The notes below the pieces were generated by a model, which was given only the letters and a program-made list of their open reading frames with translations, had not been told where the DNA came from and did no database searches. From positions 74,090,001 to 74,154,000 of the forward strand of contig OZ038378.1 of NCBI GenBank assembly GCA_964036045.1: 64,000 nucleotides of DNA, given 5' to 3'. The translations under genes and the position numbers were made by a program. The DNA comes from Eutreptiella sp. 'Long Island Sound 2002' (Eukaryota > Protista > Euglenida). This document shows, piece by piece, positions 38,601 through 49,700 of this stretch (its first letter is position 1; every line of letters begins with the position of its first letter).

Positions 38601-41600
38601 GTGGTCCCTCATGTCATCGAAACGTTATACTCGCCTAAGGGTTTATCGGGGGCCATCAGGTTGCAGCTCCCCAATAGCCCCCGCCGGACCATGTGTTTAC
38701 TCCTAATTCAGCCGTCAGGACAAGAGGTAGATCTCTTTCTGCAATCCCTCCAGTCATACGACGACATAATGGGGGATTACAATGACGACGTATGGTCGTC
38801 AAACCCGACACGCCCTTGGCAACACGACCTAGCCAGCAGCGTGTTTCTCGATCTGTTACATGCAAGTAGTCAACCGCCGACCCCCGGCACTACGACACAC
38901 GCATACCAAGGCATGGACGACCACGTGGCTTGGACGCCATATTGATGAGGCAACAGATACCCAACATACATTGGACCTACTGTGCCACTATACAAATGCC
39001 CATATCGGACCACACGTTGGTTTTACTTGGCATCCGCTGGAGGATAGGAGCCCCCGACCCACGCCGTAGGAAACCGCGGCCGTGAGCCTCGAGGTGGTAC
39101 ACCACGCACTTCTAGCGCTTCACCAACTCAATGTCCACCCTGCCGGTGAAGGATACCGACCCACCCTTACACACGGCACGGCGCATCCTGTCGGCTATCG
39201 CCCACCGGCACGGCCGCGTCAACCCACACGCACCAAGACGCCAGCCACAGCAACCCGGACGGAAACCCTGGACCCCACGGCACGGTTACGGGAGTTTGGG
39301 GAAACACAAGAACACCACATACGGAAATCGGAAAACTCCGCCGAGCGGCGGTGCACAGATCCGGTTACTTCTACAAAATGGTCAAGAGATGGCGCACCGG
39401 ACTCATTGCGCAAGACACACCGCAAGCCCCGATAGGAGGGACACCACACGTCCTGAACCACTTTGCTAGCGACCCAACATACGACGAAGATGCGAGCCAA
39501 CAACTGATACGCAAACATGTACGACACCACACATGGAACACATCAACCCCAACATATGAGGAATACCTAAAGTGCCTGCGGGCACCGAAGAAAAAATCAG
39601 CCGGACCCGATGGGATACCAACGCACCTGCTCCGGCACTTACCGAACCACATACAAAAACAACTGTACCAAGCAATCATTGCGGTCTGCAACGGACAGAA
39701 CATTCCCGTCGCCTGGCTGCGGTCAAGGGTAGTGCTCATATGTAAAAAGAAGGACCCACAGGACCCACGAAACCACATGCCACTTTGTGTATCCACCGCC
39801 GTATATAGCATCCTCACACGCCTCCTCTTGATGCGTATATCTAGGGCCATGACCCCAGGACTACTTGACATACAACACGAACACCACGACCCCAACCACA
39901 AAGCTACTCAACGACCTACACACACAAGACGGGTACGTGGTCCTCCTAGACGTAGCCAAGGCATTCCCCTCGGTCCCCCGACCAATGCTGACTGGGATCG
40001 TCAGAGAAGCAGAGAAGCAGGGGCACCACAAAACATGATACGAATGCTGGGTGAAATATACCAGCACACACCGGCTGTAATGTCCCTCCATGGACGGGAC
40101 CTCCACATACCTCCCACCATGGGCATGAAAGAATGGTGCCCCCTCTCTCCAACACTATTCCTCTTATACTACGACATACTCCTTAGGCAAACCAAAGAAC
40201 CAAGCCCGGGAGCCCACCTTTACGTGTTCGTCGATGACATCGCGGTACGCGCACCCACGAGGGAATCACTATTACACACCCTAGACGCAATCCACGAAGT
40301 GGCATACACAATGGGGCTTTGCTTCAACAAGGACAAAACCGAAGTATACCACTGGGCCAAGGACTATAACCTGGAGCCCATCACATGGCAGCACCAGCTT
40401 ATCCCGGTGCGGCCACACATATTGACGTACTTGGGCCACATACCAGCCCACCCCACACAAGAAGATACACCGTGGGACATGGGAACCACATAGTTGCAAC
40501 ACGACATAGCGGCGTACAGAACCCTACCGCTCAACGCCTACGAGAAAGTAGCCATCATCAATGCTGTCCTCATCCCGCAATGGACTTACAGGGGCCTGTT
40601 CCTCGCAAACAGATCCCGGATGGCGTTATGGGACGACATACTCCTTCATTATATCAGGGACAAATGAACAAACATAGACTGACAACCAACCGAAGTCACG
40701 GGGGGTTGGGCCTACGACAGCTATGGTGGTCCTACATCAACCGGTGGGTCACGCTAGGGCAGCAAGAACTACAGAACAACGGCCCCACACGACATCTCAC
40801 CGCGACCCAATATAAATATATCGACGCCGTCCGCGCCCTAGGGGGCACGGTGGGCCAGCACAAATCCCAACCTAGACAGCACTGCCCTTTGTCGGCGGGC
40901 CTATACGACTCGGAGAGCTCGGAGGAAGACCAGGAAACAAATGGGGGGAAACATGGCCGGGCACCAACCGTCTAGATTATGGTTAGATGAACCCGCCGGA
41001 CGAACCAACCCCAGAGGAAACTCTTGAGGTTTCCCAGGCACTACCGCACCAACGGACGGTCCACGGGATCACCATACATTACACAAGAGAACCGGCTACC
41101 AAAAGGTGGTATACAGACGGATTGACACGACACGGAAGAGGAGGAGGGGGCATATACAATGGAAACTACCGCGCAGCATTCCGTGTGCACGGGCTCCAAC
41201 AGGTGTACCGTGCCGAGACAATCGCCTGCGCGCTGGCCTCTGAACTGGCCAGCCCAGGGGATGAAATCATGCTCGACCACCAAGGCGTGGTGAAAGCCAC
41301 TCCTATAAAACGTAAAGGGGTAGTCAAAGACCCGGACAACCATGACATAGGTTACCACAACGCCTCCTGGAAACGACTCACAATACGATGGACTCCGGGA
41401 TACCGTACCCTAGAACAAGCCACCAGGTATGGCGACTACAAGGATATATAGGGGAACAACCACTCCGATGTCCTTGCCAATATGGGCGACAACCTGCCAT
41501 TGGACAAATAATGCCCACGCCTGCAAAGGCATGGATTATGCAAGTACGTAGACAAAAACATACCCCGGAAGTATACTCGGTGAGCTAGCTCCCCATGAAA

Positions 41601-42699
41601 CATTACAGACGAAACGCGTGGACCCCATGGCTCTGGGGACAGGTAAGGTGGTGGGAAACAGGTGCCCCTTGGGAGAGGTCCCCAACCTTATGCTCCAAAT
41701 GTGGCCAACATCACGGAGCGTCAGTGCACTCAGGACCGGCGTAGTGCCCCGCCTGGGGCGAATTCTGGGATCTGTGGCGCAGGAGCTTGACTGACTGGAC
41801 CCAACACGCCTGCCAATGGCAGAAAACGGCCACCAGCCTTGACCTCTGGCTCTGTGCCAGACTACTCATCCCGCTGTCCCTCGTCAACGCCATACCCACC
41901 ACGGAGCGACATAAACTACGAGCACAGGTAGGGCTCTTTCAGGTGCGCCTGATTCAGGCTGTCCAAACCCTAAGACAGAAACTCGCCGACCCCACACCAC
42001 ATCAGCCGCCATCACCCCTATGGTTGACTAAGTTTGTTGCGCATACACCGCCCCCACGGGAAACGGCGCAAAACTTATGCAACCACGTCGGAGCGCCAAT
42101 GCGGAGCGGCATGAAACGAAAACGTAGGAATGAGCCTGCGACAGCGGCACCCGTAGACCCCGACCTATGGATTCAGGATGCACACACTGCAAACGACGAC
42201 GAGGCGGTGGTATGGGTGGTGAGAATGCAGGCCACCAACACGACCGGTGAAGAACAAGCCCAGAAGCGCCGACGCCTCGATGTTGACACACAGCAGTAGG
42301 AACATTACCAAACCGCCTTAGACAGGTTCGCGCAGGAGCACGCGCAGCGCGCCTACGACACATACCACATCGCACACGCATCAGAGGTAACACAGCGGCA
42401 CCTACGGAAACTGCACGCATTATACTCCAACACACTAACAACCCTATGAAGTCTCCAATTTTCCGGAGACCCCCGGAGACCTCAATTTCCCCCCATTTTT
42501 CCACTCCGGAGACCGGAGACTGAATTTTTGTAAAGAAAAGTGCCGTTTTTCTTTAATTTTTCCGACCATTTTTCCATCATTTTTCTCCGAACGTCCCGTT
42601 TTTCATCCATTTTTCCATCCTCTTTTCCAGCCATTTTGATAATGTTGTCCTTTGGTTTTGCTTTTGGTTCTTTTGTACCATTCCACCTCTGCTTCAGAT

Positions 42700-43442
42700 T
42701 TTTCACACACGCAGCATATTGGCGGTTGCTGTTGCTCTTTGTTGTGGAGCATGCCCATGAAGTGTTTGACCTGCTTGACAAGGTTCAGGTATCTGTGGCG
42801 TCCACTTTCTGTGGAAATGGGGACTTGCGCCGCCCAAAGCCAACTATGCATCGTGTGTTTAATAGGTTCCATAAATTGCATTGCACCCTGCAACAGATTC
42901 TCGACAGTAAACAGCTTCGTCCCTTGACGGAGAAACGTTTGCAGCGCAAGAAGCAGAATGGTAGTGCATTGTACCATGCTGACACAATGCGTGCACGCCT
43001 CCTTGAGGTCTTGGCCGCTGCCCGGGACAAGCTATGGAAATATGTCGGCAAGCACATGGAGCTTGCCAAGCAGGCCAGAATTTTGGACGCAACACAAATG
43101 GCCGCTCTGCCTGGTGAAATTGCAGCGTTCCCTCTCATCTTCTCTACCCAGGTTCAACACACATTGCTTGGAAATGGGGAATGGAAAGTGTATCGTGATT
43201 CCGTTACACCCTCCACCCCACAATTTGACGTGCTACAGTGGTGGGAAGGCGTGGCTGTGCGCCTACCCACAATGTACCGCATTGCACGGTCCATCCTAGC
43301 CATTCCCCACACTTCTTGTGATGTAGAACGCTCGTTTTCAGTTTGGAAGCGTGTTCGTTCCGACAAGCAACAGAGTATGGCGGAGGGAACACACAAGGCC
43401 TATGTCTCCTTTTGTTTCATTGGTGTAGTTCCACCACCATGA
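42700..43442 (+). pseudogene. hAT transposase C-terminal fragment with dimerisation domain
   Basis: FDVLQWWEGVAVRLPTMYRIARSILAIPHTSCDVERSFS in ORF 42540..43442 matches the WW...P.L...A...L.IP.TS...ER.FS signature. Confidence 0.9.
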
Positions 43443-43589
43443 GCAAGTACAAATTGTGAGTGGTACACGAGATGGCAAAACGATTCTTCGCTTTGAATGC
43501 ACCGCCTACTGAATGCTTGTGTTGCAATCATGTGTGTCGTCAAAGAAGTAACAGTGGCGAGCAAGCGTGCTCTGGCATGCCATACCCCC

Positions 43590-43720
43590 GCATTTCCCCC
43601 CATTTCCCCCCCGTTTTTCCCCGTTTTCCCCCGTTTTTCCCCGTTTTCCCCCATTTTCCCCCATTTTCCCCCATTTTCCCCCATTTTTCCCATTTTTCTC
43701 ATTTTTCTCATTTTTCCGTG
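43590..43720. repeat. CCCC(A/G)TTTT(C) tandem array in the hAT right subterminal region
   Basis: About 12 units of a 10-11-mer, directly visible. Confidence 0.9.
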
Positions 43721-44519
43721 GCCCAAAAAAGACTTGGAGACTCCGGGGTGGGAGACTTCCAAGGCCTGCACTAACTGCCAAAACAGAATATCACCTGCTC
43801 GTGACAAAACTGATGGAAGAGCAAATGGCAGCGCAGCGACTGCACAACACACATACAAACATGTGCCTGCTACGCCGCCAATGGTATGAACAAGCAAAAC
43901 GCGACACAGCGACGTGGTACGTGGACGCAAAGACCTCACTGCTGTCCTACACAAGATACGAGGAGATGTGCACAGAAACCAACAAGCTGCTGGCCCACCA
44001 CTTAGGGCAGGCACACTACATGTGGCGTCAACAGGAACACATCGTTAACTTGACACAAGGGTTCAAGGACAACTGCAAACAGAAAACAACACAATACTGG
44101 GATGCGTCCAGACAAGCACGGCAGACAATATACCTGATACGGAAACGACCACGGGAACAATGGGACCCCACCTTGTGGGAAGTCCCATTGCAACCCCTAC
44201 CAAAACGACACAAAACGCACTGGGATCCAAATGAGTGGGAAATCCCGTTGACATGACCACAACCACGTCAACAGGAAACCATGGGGGCCCAGCCGTGAGC
44301 TGAAGCCCGTATGCGCACCTTGGCCCTGCCGAAATCTGTACTTCCTCTACACTTGGCCCACAGCGGCCCATGGCACATTACGAACTAGCCTATTTGATAA
44401 AGAAAAAACCCTGCGCAGCGGAGAGTTGCAACAATGCTGCTGATGGGCCATAACACCGTTAGTGTCGAAGAGGAAGCATCCCTGCACATGCGGGGGGGGG
44501 GGGGGGGGGGCAACAAATG

Positions 44520-46260
44520 TGCGTCGTTTGGGCAATGAAGAATTGTTGAGCCTGAAGAGGCTTGACTCTGTGGATACCTTGCGGCTTGTGGATGAGGGTT
44601 TGGATCATGAGCCACCTCAATGCACATATGGGTGGAAAGTGCACGAGGAGCACCGCAATCGCAAGAGGCGTGTTAGATTTCATTCGCCGCGGTCGATGGT
44701 GGCGAATGCGTTGCCGACCCACACAGTGCTAAAGGGGGCACATCATATAGGGGTAGTCATACAGCTTGAAGCACTGGCTGAGATAATGGGCAAGCCTCGG
44801 CCACGCTTTCCCAATGAGATGCTCAAGGACACGCTGGCATGAGCATCGATGAGGGATAGCTTGCGGTCATTGGACACAGGGTCTCATGCGGGCTCGTGGC
44901 GTGATCATGGTGCAAGGGAACCATCTGCGCTCCGTGAATAATTCCACGGGCTTTACAACACCGGACACATCAATATGCGGCAGCGCGACAATGCGCGTGG
45001 TCCCATGGGGGTCGGGTTTGCTAGAGCAGTTAGGCTATTCATCGACAACGACGCTCCACGCATATGAGGTGCTACTTGCCATGATACAACATGAAAGACA
45101 CGAAGGATTGATGAATTAGGAAGTACTCCGCGTCTGAATGGCGGACTAAACACAGGAAGATCATGACGTTAATGTAGGCAGCAGGTGCAAAACGTCATGA
45201 TAGAGCTCCCGAGAGGGCTAGCGGTGCGCATGGGGGAAGGGGGGAACTATGTGCAGTCCCGGCGACGCATGGTTATTAAAACAATATTGCAAAAGGGTTG
45301 TGCGACCGAAAGGGATGATTAACAACGGCCACCAACGCTATTTTCAGTCTTTGCCCATACCGACGGAGTGAAGACGGCGGAGCCATTGGTATTTAAGGCA
45401 TTGTTCATAGACTTAGTGGACCAGGGGCTGCGGCTCATGAAAGCGCATTCGAGCCAAGGACTAGTTAGGCTCCTGGGGTTGGTGTCCGTGGCATTCCTTG
45501 ACTTCTTCGCCCCCCACATGTATTGGCTTTTACAGACTTACAAGACAGATGGGGGTGAGGGGTTCCTAGTGAGTCGCTTCAGCCAATCCTAAAGTGCATT
45601 TGCAAATCCATCGCGGCAAAAAGATTGGTGGAGCAATGCCCTTTGGCCCTCCAAAATTGTTCCGTAAATTGGATGACTACCGTGCTGTTGTTGCAGTTGT
45701 TGCACCTTTTTAAGCTGGTGACCCCACCTTCACAAAAGGGTTTGCCACGTAGTTAGATGGTGGACCATGTTGCTGAGGGTGCAAACCATTAGGAGCAGGC
45801 GAGACCTTGCATCGTTGTGGCAATCATTGTCGTAAGGCGTACGACTCGGTTCAGAATGTTTTTGTCAAAGTACTATAGATATGTGTACAATTGCCTCGTC
45901 CCCACATGCCGTTATTAATGACGTTGATGAGTGTGGAGTTCCTGATCGAATGATGCAAAGAAATGAAGTTGCATGTGCCTCCTCGCCCTAGATCGGGCGT
46001 GCAGCAAGGAGACCCTATGTCTCCTTCGCTCTCTTTGGTGCTCACGTCAGTTCTAGTTTATGACTTGAACCAACTATATAGCAGGGTGCGTGTGTTGTTG
46101 CATGCTAACAGCTTGTTGCTCATGTCCAAGGGTTCGGGACCGCGAGCACCGGCGGATGTGGACGTGGTGTTGCATGTGTTGGCTATGTTTGGCCGACACT
46201 CTTTCCTGACCCTTAATCGAGAGAGATTATATGTCCTTTTTAAAGGCTTGCGGGTGCAAA
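44520..46260 (+). pseudogene. Old, heavily degraded non-LTR element of a different family (APE C-terminus plus RT)
   Basis: KAYDSV (~45833-45850), SGVQQGDPMSPSL and LLHANSLLL (YADD-equivalent) in ORF 45963..46265; upstream KTDGGEGF resembles the PGPDG block. Confidence 0.65.
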
Positions 46261-46739
46261 GCTAAGGGTGGGGTATCGAAAATAAAATATGAAATCTGAA
46301 ATGGCAAAATTTTTTTGTCTTGCACCAATGCTTGTTTTCACTTCCAAATATGGCGTCCAAATTTGTTGGTTTTCATCGCACAAAAATTTGTCACGACTCA
46401 AATTGTGTGTCCTCGACCATTGTGTAGACACACACTACCATGCAGCCAATCATCTTAGACGCCTGTTATGAACATTATATGCAAGGCGGATGGCATGTTG
46501 TATGCTCTCCATGTTCTCTGTAGGCTCCCTCTTTCATGAGCAGTGAAGGACCCTAATACTGCAGCAAAGCACATGCCGCAGAGGGACAAGTGCCACACAT
46601 GAATTTGTACAAGTGCGGGTGCACTTGGAGAATAACAAATCAAAATTGCAATGATTTGTTGTGAATACCAATACCTCTTATGCTAGACATCAGGACATTA
46701 CAACACAAAAACCATCTCAGCATTGTTAGCACAGAACAA

Positions 46740-49700
46740 CCCTCCAAACCCACGTTAAAGTCAATATGCTTTGATATGTGGGTAAATATCAATACGTTAA
46801 ACCCAAATTTGCCTATTTTGGGAGATAGTTTTTGCGGTGTTTCAGGCAAAATTTGGCCCTTTAGAGGTGCCTTGCGTGTTTCCATACCATTTTGTGTTGG
46901 GTGCGGGCGGGCCGTTTACCCGTTTGGATGTACAACAAAAATTAAAACGGTTCTTGGTCATTAATATTCGCCTTTCATCTTTTCATGAATTTTTCCAAAA
47001 TGAAATATTATGGGTTCGGCAGCATTAATATTAAAACGAAGTGATATTAAAGGATTTCTTCCAACAAATGGATCCTCCCGAAACATGCACGAAAGCACCC
47101 TTCACATACCCATGGGCCCTCACGCCCCATGTCCATGCCAATGCCGGCCACCTTCGTAAGTTATAACCCCATCCCGGCTCCCCCCTTCAATGCCTGCGCG
47201 CGCACACACACACACAAACATGCCGCGGTTTCAACATGATTTCAAAGAATTGGGTGTCACACACACAGACACTGATATTAGAACCCCCATATAGTGGCCA
47301 AACTGGCCATGTCCTTGTCCCTGCACATGGCCATCCCGACCACCCACAAAAAAGCGGGTGTGGAGGCCCGTTTACCATGGTTGAGGAGCCCAATACATAG
47401 TTAGATTCAACTCCCACCAACGCACGGGTATGCATCCCCACGTAGGATAAACGCGAGGCTCACGTGGATGGTATAATCCAGGTGCATTGTCCTTTGGCTC
47501 CCCCCTCTTTCTGGCGCCGGGATGCTCCAATCCCTTGCGCCTTGCTCTCCACCCCGGATGCTCCAATCGGGCGTCTTCGTGCTGCTCCTTCTCCTGTTTT
47601 GGCCCCCCGTCCCTGGATGATCCATTCCTTGGGGTGACGGCGTCTCCTTCTTTCCACGAGATGCTCCAGTCCCGGGCGTGCAGCTCTCCACCCCGGAAGA
47701 TCCTGTCCGGACTGGCGCTGGTTCTCCCTGGATGATCCGGTCCAGAGGCATCTTGTGTGCGTTCGGGGTCCCCTAGGATGATCCCGTCCCGGACCCCTGG
47801 CATCGCCTGGATGGTCCAATCCAGGTGCATCCTCCTTCCGCTCCTCCTTCTTTTGCGCTCCCTAGCCCGCCAGCTCCACTCCGCCTTCTTCGTGCTGCTC
47901 CTGTTTCTCTTTTGGCCACCCTTCCCCGGATGATCAAAGACTGAGGGTGACGGCGTCTCCTTCTTTCCCCGGAATTCTCTCGTCCCTGGCGTGGTGCGCT
48001 CCACCCAGACGATCCTGTCCGGGTGTCGCTACTTCTCCCTAGACAATCCAGTCCAGGTTCATCCCCCCTCGGCTCCTCCTTCCTGTTGGGGCCGGGATGA
48101 ACCAATCCCATGCGCCTCCACCCCGAATGCTCCAATCCGGGGTGTTTTTGGATGCGGATGCTCCGGTCCTTGGCCCGGCTTGTTGTGCCTACCCCCGGGC
48201 GTTCATTCACCGGGGGCGGCTCCTTTGTTCTTGTGCTTCTCGCTCCGCGCGCTCTTTGTTGTCCCTCGTTTGCCGTTCCGTTGCGCGCCCGCCGCTCACA
48301 TGGCGCGTTTTTGTTTCTTTTAGGGGGGTGGGGGGGGGGGCGGGGGCTGGGGTGCGCTGTCTTGGCGGTTGTTTCCCCTTGGCACACTTCTTTGGGGTCT
48401 GTCCCTTCTTTCTGCCCCTCACTTTCCTTCCCTCGTTGGTGGTGTGTGGCGGGTGCCCGTCGGGCTTGGCTGTTCGATTTGCTTGTGTGATGGTGGCCCT
48501 TGTGCCCCTCCCTTACTGGCATGGGGCGTGTGTTTCCCCGCCCCTCTCTTTCTTCCGGTTTTGCATTGTTTTTACGTTGCCTTCCCCGCTGGGTGTGTTC
48601 CTTTGTTCCCTCTCTGTTGTCTTTTCGTGTGACTTGTGTCCCCCCTGACCCTGTCTCTGCTTTGCGTGTGGGGTGTGCCCCTTGGCCCCGCATTTGTTTT
48701 TCTCCACCCCCTCCTGATCCCTCTTTTTGTTTTTTTTCGGGGGGGGGGGGACCTTGTTGCTGCTTTGTTTGTTTTCTCTTGGTTGGGGGGTGCTCTGGCA
48801 TCGACTGTTTTCTTTTTTCTTTCGTGCGTTCATCTTGTGTGCCCCCCCCCCCCACGGCCTTTGCGTGTGTTTCCACCCCCCTGCCCTTGCCCCTTCCTTG
48901 TGTATTGTGTGCCCCCGCGGCCCCGTGTTTCCCCCCCTTACCCCCCTTTTTTGGGGGGGAGGTGGGGGGGCGGGGTGTGGTGGTGGGGGGGGTTGTACCG
49001 TCCCGGTCTTCGCGGCGTCGCCTTGGGCTGTTCTTTGCGCGCCTTAGCTTGGTCTCTCGCGCCCTGCATGTTGCTCTTTGTGTCGTGCATGGTCTTTGGG
49101 TTTGTCGCCAGGCAACTGGTGTTGTGCAGTTGTTGTGGCCGGGGGCGCGCCTCTCTGGCGCGCCCGTTGGCTTCGCATCTGTGCGCCGCGCCCCATCACG
49201 TCCGGTCGCTCTCGGTGCGCTGGTTGGCTGTCCTGTTGCCGTGGTCGCGTCTCCGCCTCGTTCATCGCCACGTACTTCGTACACCACTCCCCCGGTCCTC
49301 GTGTCCGTGGCTGCGCGGGGCACTTGGCGACCGGCCGGGAACCGGCCTCTTGGTGCCTGCCTGCGGGCTCTTCTGGACCTGGACTTGCTCCGCGTTGTGC
49401 CCCTTCGGGGGCCCGGTGTGGGCTAGTCCCTGGGGGATTCTCCGGCGTCGGTCTTGGGCTGTGTGCGCTGCGGTGCTTTGGCGTGAGTGGACCCAGTCAC
49501 TCACACGTTCGGTCTCTCGTACACTCCGCCTTGCGGCGGGGTTCTCGGCCAGTGCACGGGGGCTGTTTCGTGTGCATGCCGGCACCTCCCCTTGCAGTCT
49601 TAGGTTTGAGGTTTGATGTTTCGGGTACTAGACGCCTTTCGGCACCGGGGGGCTACCTGGTCGGGCCAAGTAATATGCTCCCCACCGGGGCCTAGTGGGC

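Larger units (their letters stand above)
42440..43768 (+). mobile_element. Non-autonomous hAT DNA transposon derivative (~1.33 kb) inserted in LINE copy C
   Basis: Imperfect TIRs (c)aaccctatgaagtctcc (42439-42456) and ggagacttccaaggcctg (43751-43768). Flanking direct repeat cactaac(a/t) at 42433 and 43769; subterminal ggagac repeats. LINE sequence resumes exactly on either side. Confidence 0.9.
38227..44300 (+). pseudogene. ORF2 of copy C (APE 38405-39050, RT 39710-40780, RNase H 41105-41480), split by the hAT insert
   Basis: CGIQEY, MGDYNDD; GMKEWCPLSP, LYVFVDD, GLCFNKDKT, YLGH, HGGLGL; WYTDG, RWTPGY. Confidence 0.9.
29538..44408 (+). mobile_element. Non-LTR retrotransposon copy C, longest and apparently full-length, with a nested hAT derivative
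   Basis: Perfect 17-bp TSD ccctgcgcagcggagag at 29521-29537 and 44409-44425; 3' end cctatttgataaag-A6; same domain order as A and B. Confidence 0.95.

Noticed and set aside
8791-41745. Stop-codon reassignment explaining frequent in-frame TAG/TAA
   Set aside because: Almost all stops compared are copy-specific, replace varied residues (Tyr, Gln, Trp) and co-occur with frameshifts, as expected from decay.
47773-49426. Long ORFs of 516, 308 and 326 aa
   Set aside because: Low-complexity, skewed composition keeps several frames open on both strands; no domain motifs.
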